Below, piece after piece: positions 26,046 to 40,191 of a stretch of DNA of 64,000 bases. The DNA is taken from positions 18,860,464 to 18,924,463 of the forward strand of contig NC_043011.1 in the NCBI RefSeq assembly GCF_006345805.1, in the 5' to 3' direction. The position numbers were made by a program, and so were the translations under genes. Numbering within the stretch: the stretch's first letter is position 1; each line of letters opens with the position of its first letter. The DNA is from Octopus sinensis (taxonomy: Eukaryota). Below the pieces are notes generated by a model that saw only the letters and a list, made by a program, of their open reading frames with translations, ran no database searches and was not told the DNA's origin.

Positions 26046-29000
26046 ACAAAATATACATTAAGTGAAAACTAGATACAACGCTTTAAAATATAAATATTAA
26101 ATCAAATTATTAATTAATATGTTTATTTAATAAACATCCAAATAAAACCTAATACCGATTAAGCAATTAATACTAAATACCTTAATATTAATCAATATAC
26201 ACAAAGCTAGTACAAGCCATAAATACTGGAATCAAAAATAAGAAATGGTTCAAATATAGACACACCCATCACATAAACTAACTATATAATTAGTATATAT
26301 GTAGTATCTATAGATTTAATATATCAGTCTGTCAGTCTCTCCCTCTTGCTCATACACAAAAAGGTGGATGCATATGTATTTATGAGCAAAGATAAAGAAT
26401 GCGCACACCCGGTGTTGGGGTACGCTGAATACCGGTGGTGTGCGTATTTTTACCGCCACCTACTTATGTACGTGTATATGAATGATAATGTGTGCGTGTG
26501 TGTCTGTGAGAGAGAGAGAGAGGGGGGAGTGAGTGCCACTTACATGCAAAATAATTCACACGTCACAAGATATCACTCAAGCACTTTTCTGTATTGTTGG
26601 AAGCAGAAAACTAAAGAACTTAATTCAGGTCTTGCATCAGGACAGTTATGGAGAATACCAGGCCATTTTGTATGTAGCGATGGCATATGTTGTACATGGA
26701 AACACACAGAAATAAATGTTGCTCCTTTAGTATATCGTTTTAGGAAACGCTTTTTCAATAAGATATGTTACTTTTGTTTTTTGTATTTGTAAAGCTAAAC
26801 GCTGGTATTGAGGATGACCACAAATTATCCGCACTTATGGGCACAAATAGGGGATTACATGTATTATGCGGATTTGGATCACATTGCATTCGTATTTACT
26901 GCATCTGTCCATACCTACAGTGTCATGCAACACACGAAGTTTAGAAAGGTAACGATTATTTTCCTTCATTGTGTGTTTCACTATTTTGAGGATTTTCAAT
27001 TTTGCTAGTAATTTCAGAAAATGGTTTGCAGTTAGATGTTGCAACAATCTACTTAGAGGGAGAAACTGTCAAACTTGAATAAACAAATTAAAATATATTA
27101 TTGGCTTTCGAGAATATTCAATTAATACCTCTCTATTTCGCAAACAATTTCATCTTGTTTCCTGTAATATAATTCACTTAAATAACGTGTAGATTCGCCG
27201 ACATAAAATGTACATATTTTATCAGGTTTTAGAAGTGTTTCAGAAATTGGTAACGGAAGATTTCAGTATAACTTGGACGCATCACCGATTGTACGACTAT
27301 ATTACATTCTTAACGTCATTGCCCACTCTATAACACCTCAGCCCGAATTTTGTTTCGTTCATCATCATACGCTTACAAACGTCAACCACCTATCCATCCG
27401 AGACTTCTGGGTAGCAGGATAGGATCATTCCTAGCTCTGTGAGTCGGGGAGCCGTGGTGCTCCTGAGAACAATGGGTCCCATTTTCGATGTCTCCCTTGA
27501 GCCGCCGACAACCTTATCACACAGTATTGAACGTCTCGGTCTGAAATAATCCAGATCGACACACATTCCGAACTTTTAGCAGAGAGTTTTTGACCGCACT
27601 GGCAGGAAATTTTGAGGGTAGTGGGAGATCCACTGGTATTTTCCTTTCTGATCTGCTTTCGTTATTCAGTTCATGTCATTCTGGTGGATTATCATTTCTT
27701 GGTTTACATTTTCTCCAACTCTATATTTTCCCTTCTCTATAGTTGTTTCTGTCAATGATATTTGTAATGTGTCCTGTAGCGTTGTGTCAAGTTTATCGGG
27801 AGTTTTTATCATACAGTAGCCCGTCACAAGACACGTGTATTGGAAGCTGGTTCTCTAAAGTTTAATGTACGAGCTCATACATGATCTGGTTGCATCCAGA
27901 TCATGTGAATGCTGGACAATTCACTTTAAATGTCAAACTCTGAATCCAGATTCCTGCTTTCCACTTAACGCTAGTACATGACGTCGAACATAACATAACA
28001 TAGCAAGCCATCAAAATATTTGTGAATCATACAACAGAGATACTGAGTACAATTTTCAACTGCTAAATTAATTATTAGTGGTAAAAGTATATACCCGTAT
28101 GGATAATTCTGTATGTACTTACGAAGTCGATCAGCATATTTTCCACGACGGCATAAGATGACGTACGTCAGACATACTTGAATCGTAGCAGTAATGGCGC
28201 CAAACTGTGCTGATATTATATTAGATGTTAATCTATTTGTGTCTCTGTCCATTATCCTTCATACACCTGTGTCAAGTTGAGTACACGGGTACATGGATTC
28301 GACTAGTCCATCCCCTAGTATACGTAGTGAATATAAATTTCTATAAAGGTAATCCTTCTTTCACACAAATTCACAAAAATTGTGTATTTATTTAACTTCC
28401 ACCGAATATAATTTTATAGTAAAATTTCTATTATGAACTTTTATTTCATTGACGGGAATTTTGAAATATTAGTAATGTACACATCGTATTGCAGTCCATT
28501 AATTAATTAGCAAACACAACGTATAAATAAAGCAGTAAAGTTAAACATGTACAGTACACTGTTGGCTGTAAGCTTGTGATAACACTTTTTTTTCAAACTT
28601 ATTTGATTACTGTAACATCATCAAAGTACAAAGTTAATTAACCTTGGAAGATAATGGACCAATATCCAAATATTGATAGCATTATTTTAGTTACTATAAC
28701 CTGCAATCATTATCAAGTGATGTGCTGAATACAAAATTAAAAACATAAATTTATGGGAGGGTTGATTCATTTTGGTAAACTTTAATGAAATTATCTAATA
28801 GTGTGTTAATATCTATAGCTAATGTCTAACATAAAAAGAAATCACACCATTTACCATCACCAATTCCATAATCACTTTGTACCGTTACTATCTGTCTGGA
28901 TTGCATTTTCAAACTATTCTTTAGAAATATGCTACACGGATGAACGGAAATTCTTGCCAGACAATAGAATAGTCTATCAAATTAGTATATGTGGCAAAAC

Positions 29001-29446
29001 AGATTCTACCGTATTTACTACTGTTGCATTATTTTACGAGTTGAAATCTCTCATTTTTTACTGTCTTTCTCTCCCGAAGTAGATTATATAATTACTCATG
29101 AAGTAGGTCTGCTGACAATAGTCTGTTGCCCAGCACACATTGTGCTATGACCTTACAAAACAGCTATTATACTTATAGTATGCGGCGAGTGAAATCTGTT
29201 ATAATCCTAAATAGGAGAATAATTCTGTTGAACATAAGTATGGTTGCTTTATTGTGAGATATAAATAATAATACACAAGGAGAAACTTAATATGAACATG
29301 TGTAACCTCAGCTCAATAGTGGTTCAGCTGACATATATTAAGTGAATACGAAACACATTGTAATTTTGTCTGTATAGAGCTACATTGGGTCATTTGCCAT
29401 TGCACTTTAAAAACGACAGTCTACATTAAACCGGTAATGAGTTAAA

Positions 29447-29637
29447 ACTAAGGCGGTGAGCTGGCAGAATCGTAAGCATGCCGGGTGAAATGTGTAGCTG
29501 TATTTCATCTGCCGCTACGTTCTGAGTTCAAATTCCGCCGAGATCGACTTTGCGTCGATGTAATCGACTTAATCCGTTTGTCTGACCCTGAGTGCCCCCT
29601 CTGTGTTTAGCCCCTTGTGGGTAGTAAAGAAATAGGT
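29447..29637 (+). mobile_element. SINE family B, internally deleted; a second degenerate copy lies at ~29795-29945
   Basis: TAAGGCGGTGAGCTGGCAGAATCG..GAGTTCAAATTCCGCCGAGATCGACTTTGC..GTAAAGAAATAGG. Confidence 0.8.
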
Positions 29638-30697
29638 AATCAGTTAAAAGTCACCTTTAGGATTTCATTTTATGCATTGGTGATTAATCCTTTTTTTTAA
29701 TTACAAGTCATGCTCCAGGTGAAATTTACTGGTGCAATATTGTTGTATTACCCACTTATATTCAAACAAATTTCGATATTTCTTAAAATCGTTGAGATGG
29801 TGGATTCGTTAGCGCGCCATGCAAAACGTTTAACGTCTTTACGTACTGAGTTGAAATTCCGCCGAGTTTGACGTCGCCTCTCACCCCTTTTAGGATCGAT
29901 GAAATAAGTTCCACTTAAGCACGGAGGTCGATATAACCGACGAATTTTAGATTCTGTAGAAATTGTTCTTTTGAGTTCAAATTAAAGTGAGTTGTGTGCG
30001 TTTTATTTTTAATACTAATCAAAATATATTGCATGCGTCTCTGTCATCACACTTCGAAATATGGCAACTATAGAAATAAATATGTGAGAGTTACGCGACA
30101 TTAATATTGTCTCTAGGTTTCATTTTGTAAATTCGTCAATTTTCAGAGAAAGGTTTCAGGCGAAAAGTTTAGTCAATAGTAACAATGCTTGAAATGTTAT
30201 GTTCTATGAGATTCTCCGTAACAAAACTAGAAATTGTGCAGTATAAAAATTCTCGCTTCGTGCCACTGTCTTAAATTGTGTATGGAATTTATGTTGTTAT
30301 TTCTCTATATAAATGTTTATGACATGGATTTCACAATGGTATTTCTTTTCAACTAATTAACTAGTTTTAGATATGCCAAGGGTGTAATATGTTACCCGGA
30401 AATTTCTCACATTTATTCGTCTGATGTGTAAAAACTATGTCAGTGATATAAAAATGAGCATAACTTTTATAATATCGATCTAATGTTTTAACCACCGACC
30501 GATATTCACAGTTTAGCGCATAGAATAATTTAAGCACTGCAGACAATTTGAGATATCCACTGCCAAACATTTTAATCGAAAACATATTTCATGCAGGGAC
30601 TATCAAAGGACAATATCCCTATGTACGCATATCAGTACGCATACATATATGAATCTAAATACATACACATACATAGATATGCATGTTTGTGCACGTT

Positions 30698-30790
<93 letters not shown>

Positions 30791-32014
30791 GTGTAATAAA
30801 TAAAATATATGCATACATACAAACATATATGTACGTACCGACATCTACATGCATATATACATGCATATATAAATATATATACGTACAGGACACCACAAAA
30901 AGACATAAAACTCAACAGAAACGAAAACGGTAAAGCCATTTTGTTACAACAGAAAGACAGAGACGTGGAACAGGACGAGAACGAAAACGGGAAAAATTTT
31001 TTTTACAACAGCAAAACAAGGTACAGGACATGCTACACAAGGAAAAATCCCCTTCATCAGCTGTCACTAGTAGACTTAGCGTGTTTCGAAGGCAAGACAG
31101 GACACGACTCGTCAATACTAGGCCTTCCTACGAGAGAATTAAAATAAAATAACCTCGCAGAGGGGTAAAACAAGCAAGAAAAAATGTAACACAAACGGCA
31201 CGTAACAATAGAACTGCACAATAAAATACAAGATAAAAATACAAAATTAAAAAAAATACATGTACAAGAAGATACAAAACGAGAAATAAAATACAATACG
31301 AGAAATCAAAATAAACAAGAAAACAAACGAAAAAAACACACGAAGGCCTTTGTTCTGGCTGAGACGGAAGAGGTACTGGCGAGCGCAGGGAAACATGACC
31401 TTACGACTGAAAGCAACGTGCAAAAGGATTAGCACTGACGAAAGTGAGGAGGAATGAGAGAGAGAGATAGATAGAGGAAGACACGCGGCTGAGAGAAGGA
31501 AAAGGAAGAGGGTATGTATGTATACATATATATAGCTCTCTCCCCCGTCTTGCTCTCTCTCTCTCTCTCTCTCTCTCTGTCACTTTCTCTGTATATATAA
31601 ACATATTAAGGGCAAAAGTTATTTAACATAATAATTCACACTCGTGACCAAAATGTGTAAAAATTATCTATAGACTGTAAACTATATATATGTAAGTGTG
31701 TATAACAAGAGGCAATTAAGCACTATGTATTTGATTTTTACAATTATATATCTCCAGCTGTTTCTACTAAAGATCCACAGATAATTGTTTAATTTTTAAT
31801 GGTGAAACTTCAAAGTTTAGAAATATCTGGTCTTTTAATTTTTTTCAAATTGTCTGACGCGCTTACATATAACGCCTTTTTATCATAATGTATTTTTCGT
31901 GGTTTGAAGATTTGACACCTTCATTCTTGATCTGAGGAGTTGACATCACCTTTCAGCATGCAAGGAAACCATTTAATGGTTTTCCACTTAGTGTATAATT
32001 ACCTAAGATTATAC

Positions 32015-32399
32015 ACACTGTCTATCAAGATAATGCTCGGTCACATACAGCGAAAACGACATTCCAAAGGCTGGAGCAGTTTGAATGGGCAACGATGCCC
32101 AACCCACCATATTTTCCGGAAAGTGTCCAATCTGATCATCATTTATTCCACAGTCTTCAAAATCATTTGCACAGAAAAAATATGAATTCTGTAGATGGGA
32201 TCAGAACAGTACTGGAGGACTATTTTTGACACGGACACGTGAAATTTAGAGGAGGGGGCATTCTAGGTCACCCAAACAGATGGAAGATCATTATCGAAAA
32301 TGAATGATTGTATATTTTAGATTAAAACCTATTTTATCTTACGTTTGTGAAATAAAAGAGATATAGAATATAGCCGCATTATTTAGGGGATGACCCAAT
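32015..32399 (+). mobile_element. Mariner (DD34D-type) transposase C-terminal remnant with TIR-like end
   Basis: VYQDNARSHTAKTTFQRLEQFEWATMPNPPYFPE..SDHHLFHSLQNHL..NRWKIIIENE; ends CATTATTTAGGGGATGACCCAAT. Confidence 0.85.
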
Positions 32400-32979
32400 G
32401 TGTATGTGTGTGTATGTGTGTGTGTGTGAAAGCATATTCGTGACCATCGGTCATCTTTCTTTCTCTCCGTTGTAGCTGGATTCATTTAATGTGCTTTGCG
32501 GGAGCAACTATTTTATCGAACGTGTATATTGTGGTTAAATGCTCGAAATAGGTACTAGAAAAACAGCCAACAACTGATGAAGGGTCGTTTTTTATGTTGC
32601 ATGTTTTGTTTTCCATTTGTGCCTTTCGTTGTTCGAAAGAATAGTTCATGTTCCATATAATCGTACTTCGTACTTTTTGGTTGTACACATTTCATGGCAT
32701 CCTGTGCCCACTTATGCATATGTATTTATAAAACATGGTATTTTCAACGTAATATAAAAGGCGCTACTTCAAGATAGCCTCTCCCTTAGATCTTTAAAGA
32801 TTGTGAGCTTATTTAGTTCGAATTTGTAACTTAAAATATTTGTATATAACATTGGATAGCAATGTTCAAATCGTTTGGATTGAACACCGTCCTTGAAATT
32901 ATCATCATCATAACCATCGTCATAATCGTCTTAATTGTCATCCTGTCGTCGATATGATCATCGATAATCATCAACATTA

Positions 32980-33210
32980 CCTATTTCTTTGTTACCCACA
33001 AGGGGCCAAACATAGAAGGGACAAACATGGACAGACATAGGTATTAAGCCGATTATATCGACCCCAGTGCGTAACTGGTACTCAATTTATCGACCCCGAA
33101 AGGATGAAAGGCAAAGTCGACCTCGGCGTAATTTGAACTCACAACGTAACGGCAGCCAAAATACCGCTAAGCATTTCGCCCGACGTGCTAACGATTCTGC
33201 CAGCTCGCCA
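32980..33210 (-). mobile_element. SINE family B
   Basis: Reverse complement of the family B body (ATCGACCCCGAAAGGATGAAAGGCAAAGTCGACC..CAGCTCGCC). Confidence 0.9.
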
Positions 33211-33276
33211 TCATCAACATTACCATCATCAATCATCATCATTATCACCACTAGCACCAAAACCAACACCACAACA

Positions 33277-33307
<31 letters not shown>

Positions 33308-34009
33308 TCGTTATATATTTCTCCACGCCTGCTACTTCTTAATACGTCATCAATTAGATAAACGTTTTAATTGTTTGTCTATGCGAATCTCATACGAGTG
33401 AATCAAGTAAATAAACAATTCTACAATGCAGTCACTGGCAATACTTTGAAGTAAATTGAATTATATCTTTTGTATTTATTATTTCTAAGATTATGCTTCC
33501 TATTTCGTCTCTCCAGCGGAGTGACAAGAGTGGATCTATATCAATCATATTTCCAAAGATATAATTCTTCTATATCTAAGATATAAAGCTATATTTTCCA
33601 ACAAAGGACATTTCTGCATAAATTTTAAATGATATACAGCTGCTCTATTTCTTCATATTGTTGTAAATATTTCATTCTGTTCTGCTATTACCTCTAAATA
33701 TTGATCGAAGCTCTTCAAGTTTCTCTTTCTACATTCCTACATTCACATCGTTGAACTTTTAATTTTCGAAAGTACGTTTTCAGTGATAATATCAAATAAT
33801 ATGTTTCGTATTTAAAAAAAAATGCGTTTGCCTGTCACCGGCCTATTTCGCATCACAGCACACATCTACACTTCCAGGTAAAAAAAAAAGAAACGGATTT
33901 AAATATTAAAAAATAACACTGCGTGGGTAGCAGAATGCACATAATATAAATTTCTAGAAATGTAAAATAAATAAATTACATGTTACTCTCTCCCTTCTCC
34001 CCCTTTCTT

Positions 34010-34037
34010 TCTCTCTCTCACACACACAGACTATGTA

Positions 34038-34125
<88 letters not shown>

Positions 34126-34181
34126 ATATATATATATGTATATATATATGTATGTATATATGTATATACATATATATTTAC

Positions 34182-34218
<37 letters not shown>

Positions 34219-34352
34219 AATATATATATATACATATATATATTTACATACATATATATATTCATATACATGTGAATATATATATGTAGATGTATATATA
34301 CATATATATGTATATATATATGTATATATATATATGTATATATATATATATA
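34010..34352. repeat. Compound (CA)/(TA)/(TATG)-like microsatellite
   Basis: Directly visible; source of the IYIY ORFs. Confidence 0.95.
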
Positions 34353-34389
34353 AGGATGCATGCGTGCTAAATATAGATTTATTTAACCA

Positions 34390-36830
34390 CTTCCTTAGTA
34401 TTACAGCGGTTTCCTGACATTATTCTTGCAGCATAATATTGCGAAGTGGGTTCCTCCTACTGGTGTGATATGTGACTGCCGTTCTGCTGTAGTTGCTGCT
34501 TTACGCTAGTAACCACAATAATTACTAGTCACTGGATACCATTGTATCCCTAAGTACATCACCTATGTCTTACTGTCGGTGATAGCTCCACAAGAAATGT
34601 CGACTCTCAACTCTTCGACTCTCGGCCCTTTCCCGACGACCGGCTACTGGTTTATTTATATTGGCTGGCCCCTACAACGTTGTACCGGGATGTGTATAAA
34701 GTTTAACTATACGATATCTCCCTTTTTAATTATTTTGTTCAACAATCAATCTCTATTCCTCACCCACCTCCTCCTTTTTTATACTCATCATATTTTCCGT
34801 TTTGGGTTTACTTTTAAGAATTCAGTGTTCTTCCTTTTCTTTGTACCTTTGGCTTCGACATCTTGTAACGGTGTTGGAACCTGAAAAGTATCATATCACC
34901 AATCTCTCGATATATCTACTTTCGTTGGTTCGTTTTCTATGACTCTTACCTTAAGCTGCTTTGTATGGCTCTTTCCATTCAATTTCTGCTTTTACACCAT
35001 ACATCATTCTTCCTATGTATGTTACAATTTCTCTTTCTTCCTCGTATTGCTTGCCATTTTTGTGCATTTTTACATTTATCTTGTCATTGATTCTAAAGAA
35101 TGTTGGCATGTGTTGACTAGTACGTATTTTTCCTCTTCAATAGTAACAGTTTATCAAATACTGACTTTCTGGTAAATATTAATTCTGCAAATATTAATGC
35201 TGGCTAATATTAATTCTGCTGGTCAACTTCCTTCTGGTGCATTTGAGTTCGGAGTTACCCTGTTTACACTTAAGAATTATTGGATCACGACACCGTCCGT
35301 GGCTTTCTTATTAGCTTTCTTTTAAAGTTCTCTTAAACGTGTCCACGGGCCGTTCGGCCCTTCGATTCTATTGGGAAATACGGTGCTATAGTTTTATGTT
35401 CTAACATGAACATCATACAGAATCTCTTAAAATCACAGGATACAAAGTCAGTTCCGTTATCAGAGACAATAATATCCGGTACACCAAAGCTTGTGTATGA
35501 CGTTTATTAAAGTATATGACGTTGGTCGCTTACACCTCGTGACATGAGGCCACTTTGTGTAACTGTCCACTACTTTCAAGTAATAATATCCGTATTACGG
35601 GCCTGTACGTCCGGCTAAGGTTCACATATTGTAGTACATAGATTCACTGTCAGCGCCAATCCCCTGCAGCCTTTTACCAGGTTTACAAATTCCTTGTCCA
35701 TGCTTGACCAGTATACGTAACTTCGCATCGGCGCTTTCATTCAAGTGAGGCCTATATGTCCCACATGGAACTCTTCAGCATTCTTGTCTGTAATATCTAT
35801 GTTATGACCACCCTGAGCGAACATTAGTACACCATCACATGTAGAGTACACATTCACATCTTGGCGGTTCTTTGCGTCAGGCCTTTCTTTATTTCGTTTT
35901 GTGGTCCACAATTTTCTTTTAGTATCATTAATAAATTTATCATTTCTCGCATTTATTTTTATTTCCTGCAAAGTTACTGGTAGTTCACGCACGATGTTCC
36001 ACATCACTTTTTGTTTCCGCTTCCGCTCTTAGCACTATTATTACGGAGTTCTTCAGCGGTTCGTTATTTTAATATCATGTCATACTCTTCCAACATTTTC
36101 TGCAATGTCAAATCCTACTTCCTTTCCAGTTTTGCGAGAATTTTCTGCATCCCTTCTGCAAAAATCAAACTCTTGAAAGAATCTGGAGTAAGCATATCCA
36201 GCCTAAATCTCTTACATCCTTTGTTCGCTTTGCTTGTGTAACTAGTGAAGTCTTCATCTTCACTCTTTTCTATGATTATGCACATCCTTCCATTATTAAA
36301 CAGTGAGCTCTCTTCACTAAAACATTTTTCAAAAAATGTCGATGAAATTTATGTCGGGCGCTTTTTTATCAATATGAATTTATTATACTTATCATGCTCT
36401 GCTGTCGCTAGTTTTCTTAAATGTATACGCGTTTTCACTTCGTCCTGACATACTTTTTCAAAAATTTGTTCAGATCTTCGAAAGTAAACGTCAACGGTTA
36501 CTCTGTGTTTGGTGTCATATTTGAATTCGTTAATGGTCGGGCGATAACGTATTCTCCGGTTTGTTATTCAACTTCATTAGTTGTAAAATTTGCCGATGCA
36601 ATCCTTGTTGTTCTCGTTGTTCCTTGGTCAGTACATATAAATATATGATTTATTGGCCAGTACATATAAACACGCTCAACACTGAATTTTTTTAATACAG
36701 TCGTTGGGATATAACCAATATCAGACTCAGTATATATAGAAGCGTGAAATATATATATATGTAAGCGGAAAACGTTTGAACCTAAAAATGACGTAATGGA
36801 GTTATTCCTCCTATCTTGCATCTAATTATA
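34390..36830 (-). mobile_element. Decayed Ty3/Gypsy LTR retrotransposon: gag joined to integrase, with a putative 3' LTR
   Basis: gag: NEFKYDTKHRVTVDVYFRRSEQIFEK..RKLATAEHDKYNKFIL..DFTSYTSKANKGCKRF..DLTLQKMLEE. Integrase: VRELPVTL..EEFHVGHIG..MRSYVYW..VKGCRG..YYLKVVDSYTKWP. Polypurine tract AAAAAGGGAGA at 34717-34727, followed by a putative LTR. Confidence 0.85.
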
Positions 36831-37739
36831 GAATGATTTACGTAGACATATCAATAATTTTCCAAGAAAAATAGTATATCTGCCAGGCCTTCGATGTGTA
36901 TATACTACAGGAAAAAGTGATCTAGCAAGCAGTTTTAGAAAAATCATTCAAGAAATGAGTTTTAACGTCAAGATCGTCGAACATGCGAGTAGACATATCA
37001 AATCTGTTCTTTATAAATTCTCAACGCTATTGAGAATTTATAAAGAAAAGGTGAAAGTAACTGGTGGTTCGTGCTACAAACCTACGAATCATCTGCCATG
37101 TTAGAAACGGATTTCTATTGGATGTAGATGTCAGGAAATTTCAAAGTGTCTTACATAGTTGAGATTTTAGGCGGGCCAGCGAAGTATTGAACGGTGAAGT
37201 ATACAACACGGCTGTGTGAAAAACATATATGCCACTGTTTTTATTACTAATACGCACAAGATTGCAATAATCACACAGAGCCAATATTAACTTAGATGTC
37301 TTGTGTAAGTTGTATAACTTCAGTTAAATATCTTGTGTAGTAAAACCTCTGATACCACGCTGAATCAGGTCGCTGACTCTGTCTGCATACGTGAGTGTTG
37401 GCCAAGTTTCAATCACAAGTCCGAGTAGGCTGACACCAGTATATTTTACATAAGAGATATTACATTCCCAATATCTACTCACTCCTTTTTATAGCTTATT
37501 CATTGTTTTATTATTTATTCCCTTTTGTCCATTTTGCCCTTCTCTTTCTTTATTCATCCTCAACATACTCCTCCACTCCTTCATGACAATTTCGTCTAGT
37601 TCTCCACGTCATATTTGATTTTTTGCTTTCCTCCTCTTTCTCTTTCAACCCACCAGACTTCCCTTTTTTCCTCAGCATTAACACTAGCTACATCACCATC
37701 AACATCATCATCATCATCATTGCAATTCATATTATTGAT

Positions 37740-38753
37740 TGACAGAGCATCACCGACCTCGAAATGCCCAGCATTATTACCGGTCTGCTAATTGTACAAC
37801 AGGCACATTCATCACAGGTATGTGCGTGATATGGTGCCCTCGTACCGAAATAAACAGCAAACGTGGAGCCTAATTAGAATTTCCTTCGGGTGGACGTGGA
37901 GCCTAATTAGAATTTCCTTCGGGTGGAGTAGCCCATCTGTTCAAATTGTCTTTGAATAAAAGTTGTTTTAGGACGAAGAAAGAAGCACACGTGTTTCCTG
38001 GGGTGAATTATTGAAACCCCAAAGAATCCCTCTCCATACAGAGCTACGTTACTCCCTCAGTGCTCTTACTCGTGATCTGAGATGTTCAACTGGTTATGCT
38101 GAAGCAAGTCTGTGGTATTGTGCAGAATATCTTGTAGCTCGTTCTTTAAACCAAGCGAATACATGAATTATTATTATTTTTCACTTTATCACAGGTTTTG
38201 TAGGAGATCCTGCAACCTTGCATGCGGAACCATGCTACCCGTTCATTTCAACCTTCTAATACTTTTTATACTGATTATTCCGGCCGTGACAAAGCGACAA
38301 ACGTTTTGTAACAGTTCTTCTAGGTACTCTTTTCCGATTCCCTTTATATTCTTCTTGGCGACTTCTAATACTATTCCCAAGGAACACATATAATTGACAC
38401 ATTCTTCCCCGTATTCATTTTCCATAGCCGGGCTATTTCGGACTTAAGAGGGCTGTATCTATATCATTTCATCTTCTTTCGTAACTGATCGTGTGTCGAA
38501 AGTGAAACCAATATCCACTATATAGCATATGATATGCAACTTCTACAACACCAGTCCTGGTCTGTTATGATCAAGCAACTTATCTGTTTGGATTGGGAAA
38601 TCCCAGAGGATTTTGCTAGTTTCCGACTCCGCCACTATCTCTCTTGTTTCTTGTCCCTCACTAGACCCCACTTATCGCACGGATTCTTATCTAGCACTTT
38701 CGCTATGTGGTCGTGTCGCCAAAACTGGTAGTGGTTTTGGGCAAGTCTAATGC
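37740..38753 (-). mobile_element. R4/Dong-clade remnant: RLE domain and probable 3' UTR
   Basis: KILWDFPIQTDKLLDHNRP..LKSEIARLWKMN. The 3' portion carries a perfect 33-bp tandem duplication (37861-37893, 37894-37926). The 5' end abuts (TAA)n. Confidence 0.7.
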
Positions 38754-38754
<1 letters not shown>

Positions 38755-38819
<65 letters not shown>

Positions 38820-38820
38820 G

Positions 38821-38852
<32 letters not shown>
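38755..38852. repeat. (ATT)n microsatellite
   Basis: Directly visible. Confidence 0.95.
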
Positions 38853-38853
<1 letters not shown>

Positions 38854-39330
38854 GCCTTTCCACAGAATCTAATGCTGGAGATGTACTACAGTGTCAGTTG
38901 TTCCCTTCCAGTGAACTAAGGTAACCCCTCTTGTTTTTCGATTACCTTCTGGAGTATTCGAGCAGTTCCAAGTAGTGCTGTTTTCTGCAAGTTCTCCACC
39001 CTTATTGCAGCCCCTATTTGTCCCATGGGCTTCTCGAGATTTTTGCACAGTGTTCCCAGGGCTCCGAGAATTATTGGTACTACTATTACCTTTTTCATTG
39101 ACATCGACTGCTTAACATCCCAAATTAACATTTCATATCTCTCGATTCTCTTTCTTCCATATCTCACACCTTGTCTGCTGGGCATGCTATATCTATCATC
39201 CAGCTCAGTTTGTTTTCTTTTTCAATTAACACTATGTTTGGCATCCTATTCTCTATCTCATGGTCGCATTGAATCATCAAATCCCATAGGATCTTTGCAA
39301 TTTTTTTTCGTGATGCCTTCGGGTTTGTGG
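38853..39330 (-). mobile_element. 5'-truncated R4/Dong-clade copy (RLE C-terminus and 3' end) embedded in (TAA)n
   Basis: ILWD..IQCDHEIENRMPNIVLIEKENK..IDIACP..VIVVPIILGALGTLCKNLEK..LQKTALLGTARILQKVIE; (ATT)n tracts on both sides. Confidence 0.85.
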
Positions 39331-39469
39331 TGTTATTATTATTATTGTTATTACTATTATTACTATTATTATTATTATTATTATTATTATTATCATTATT
39401 ATTATTATTATTAATATCATTATTATTATTATTAATATCATTATTATTATTATTATTAATATCATTATT

Positions 39470-39507
<38 letters not shown>

Positions 39508-39555
39508 TATTATTATTATTATTATTATTATTTTTTTTTTTTTTTAATTATTATT
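39331..39555. repeat. (ATT)n/(ATC)n microsatellite
   Basis: Directly visible. Confidence 0.95.
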
Positions 39556-40053
39556 AAGACATGCAAAAACTGTAAAATGCTTTTCCATCCAGGAAACATG
39601 AGCTTCTATTACTCGGGTGTGTATTGGTTCACAGCAAATATGATCGGCAGAAATACAGTTGAACTTTTTATAAGAAATTTCAAAAGATCATCTTTAGTAC
39701 AAACTCTGTAAGTTTCCGTCCATAGAAAATTCTATTAAAACTTTAAAAACGTAAGACTTGTTCTATGCATAAAGGTGTAATGTGAAACGGCCCCACCCCA
39801 GATACGGGCGCAGCTGATGTAGAGATGGTGTGTAAAACAAAATGCCTCAAATAAAATTATTTTAGACGTCAGAGAATGGGCTGCAGAATCTTTGAAGAAT
39901 GACTCAAACAAAATTGTGAATAGGTATAATACCCACAGCCCTACATATCTTATTATATTTTGGTATAATCGCGTCTGACACCGGTACGTCACAAGGAGTC
40001 TGCTGACTAGCAAACGGACTCAAGTGTGTATTCTCCCCCCAAACGCTCATACA

Positions 40054-40115
<62 letters not shown>

Positions 40116-40145
40116 ACTTTATTTTAAGCAGCAGAAAATTCAACA

Positions 40146-40191
40146 AAATCTGTTACTCTGAGTTTCTCGTTGCCGTTCATCAGACAGTTTT
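40146..40191 (-). ncRNA. Compact type I hammerhead motif, core intact, weak stem II
   Basis: Minus strand AAAACTGT-CTGATGA-ACG-GCAA-CGA-GAAA-CTCAGAG-TA-ACAGATTT. Stem I CTGT/ACAG; stem III ACT/AGT with a 3-nt loop; GUA triplet; A.A mismatch at 10.1-11.1. Confidence 0.7.

Noticed and set aside
27879-27906. 11-bp perfect hairpin ACATGATCTGG-ttgcat-CCAGATCATGT
   Set aside because: No nearby CTRR Helitron end or other context; a lone hairpin is not interpretable.
22039-28252. Isolated strong minus-strand donor/acceptor sites (22039, ~23090, ~27150, 28123) and a plus-strand candidate at ~26813-26947
   Set aside because: The short open frames have no recognisable homology and no consistent phase chain; such sites occur by chance at this frequency.
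31050-31130. Minus-strand GAAAC...CTGATGAAGGGG arrangement suggestive of a type II hammerhead; similar at ~32540-32585 on plus
   Set aside because: Stems I and III do not pair properly in either copy and an alternative stem II pairing exists. Worth revisiting only with a family consensus.
37861-37926. 33-bp direct repeat pair considered as CRISPR-like
   Set aside because: Two adjacent copies with no spacer inside a retroelement 3' region, in eukaryotic context with no cas genes.
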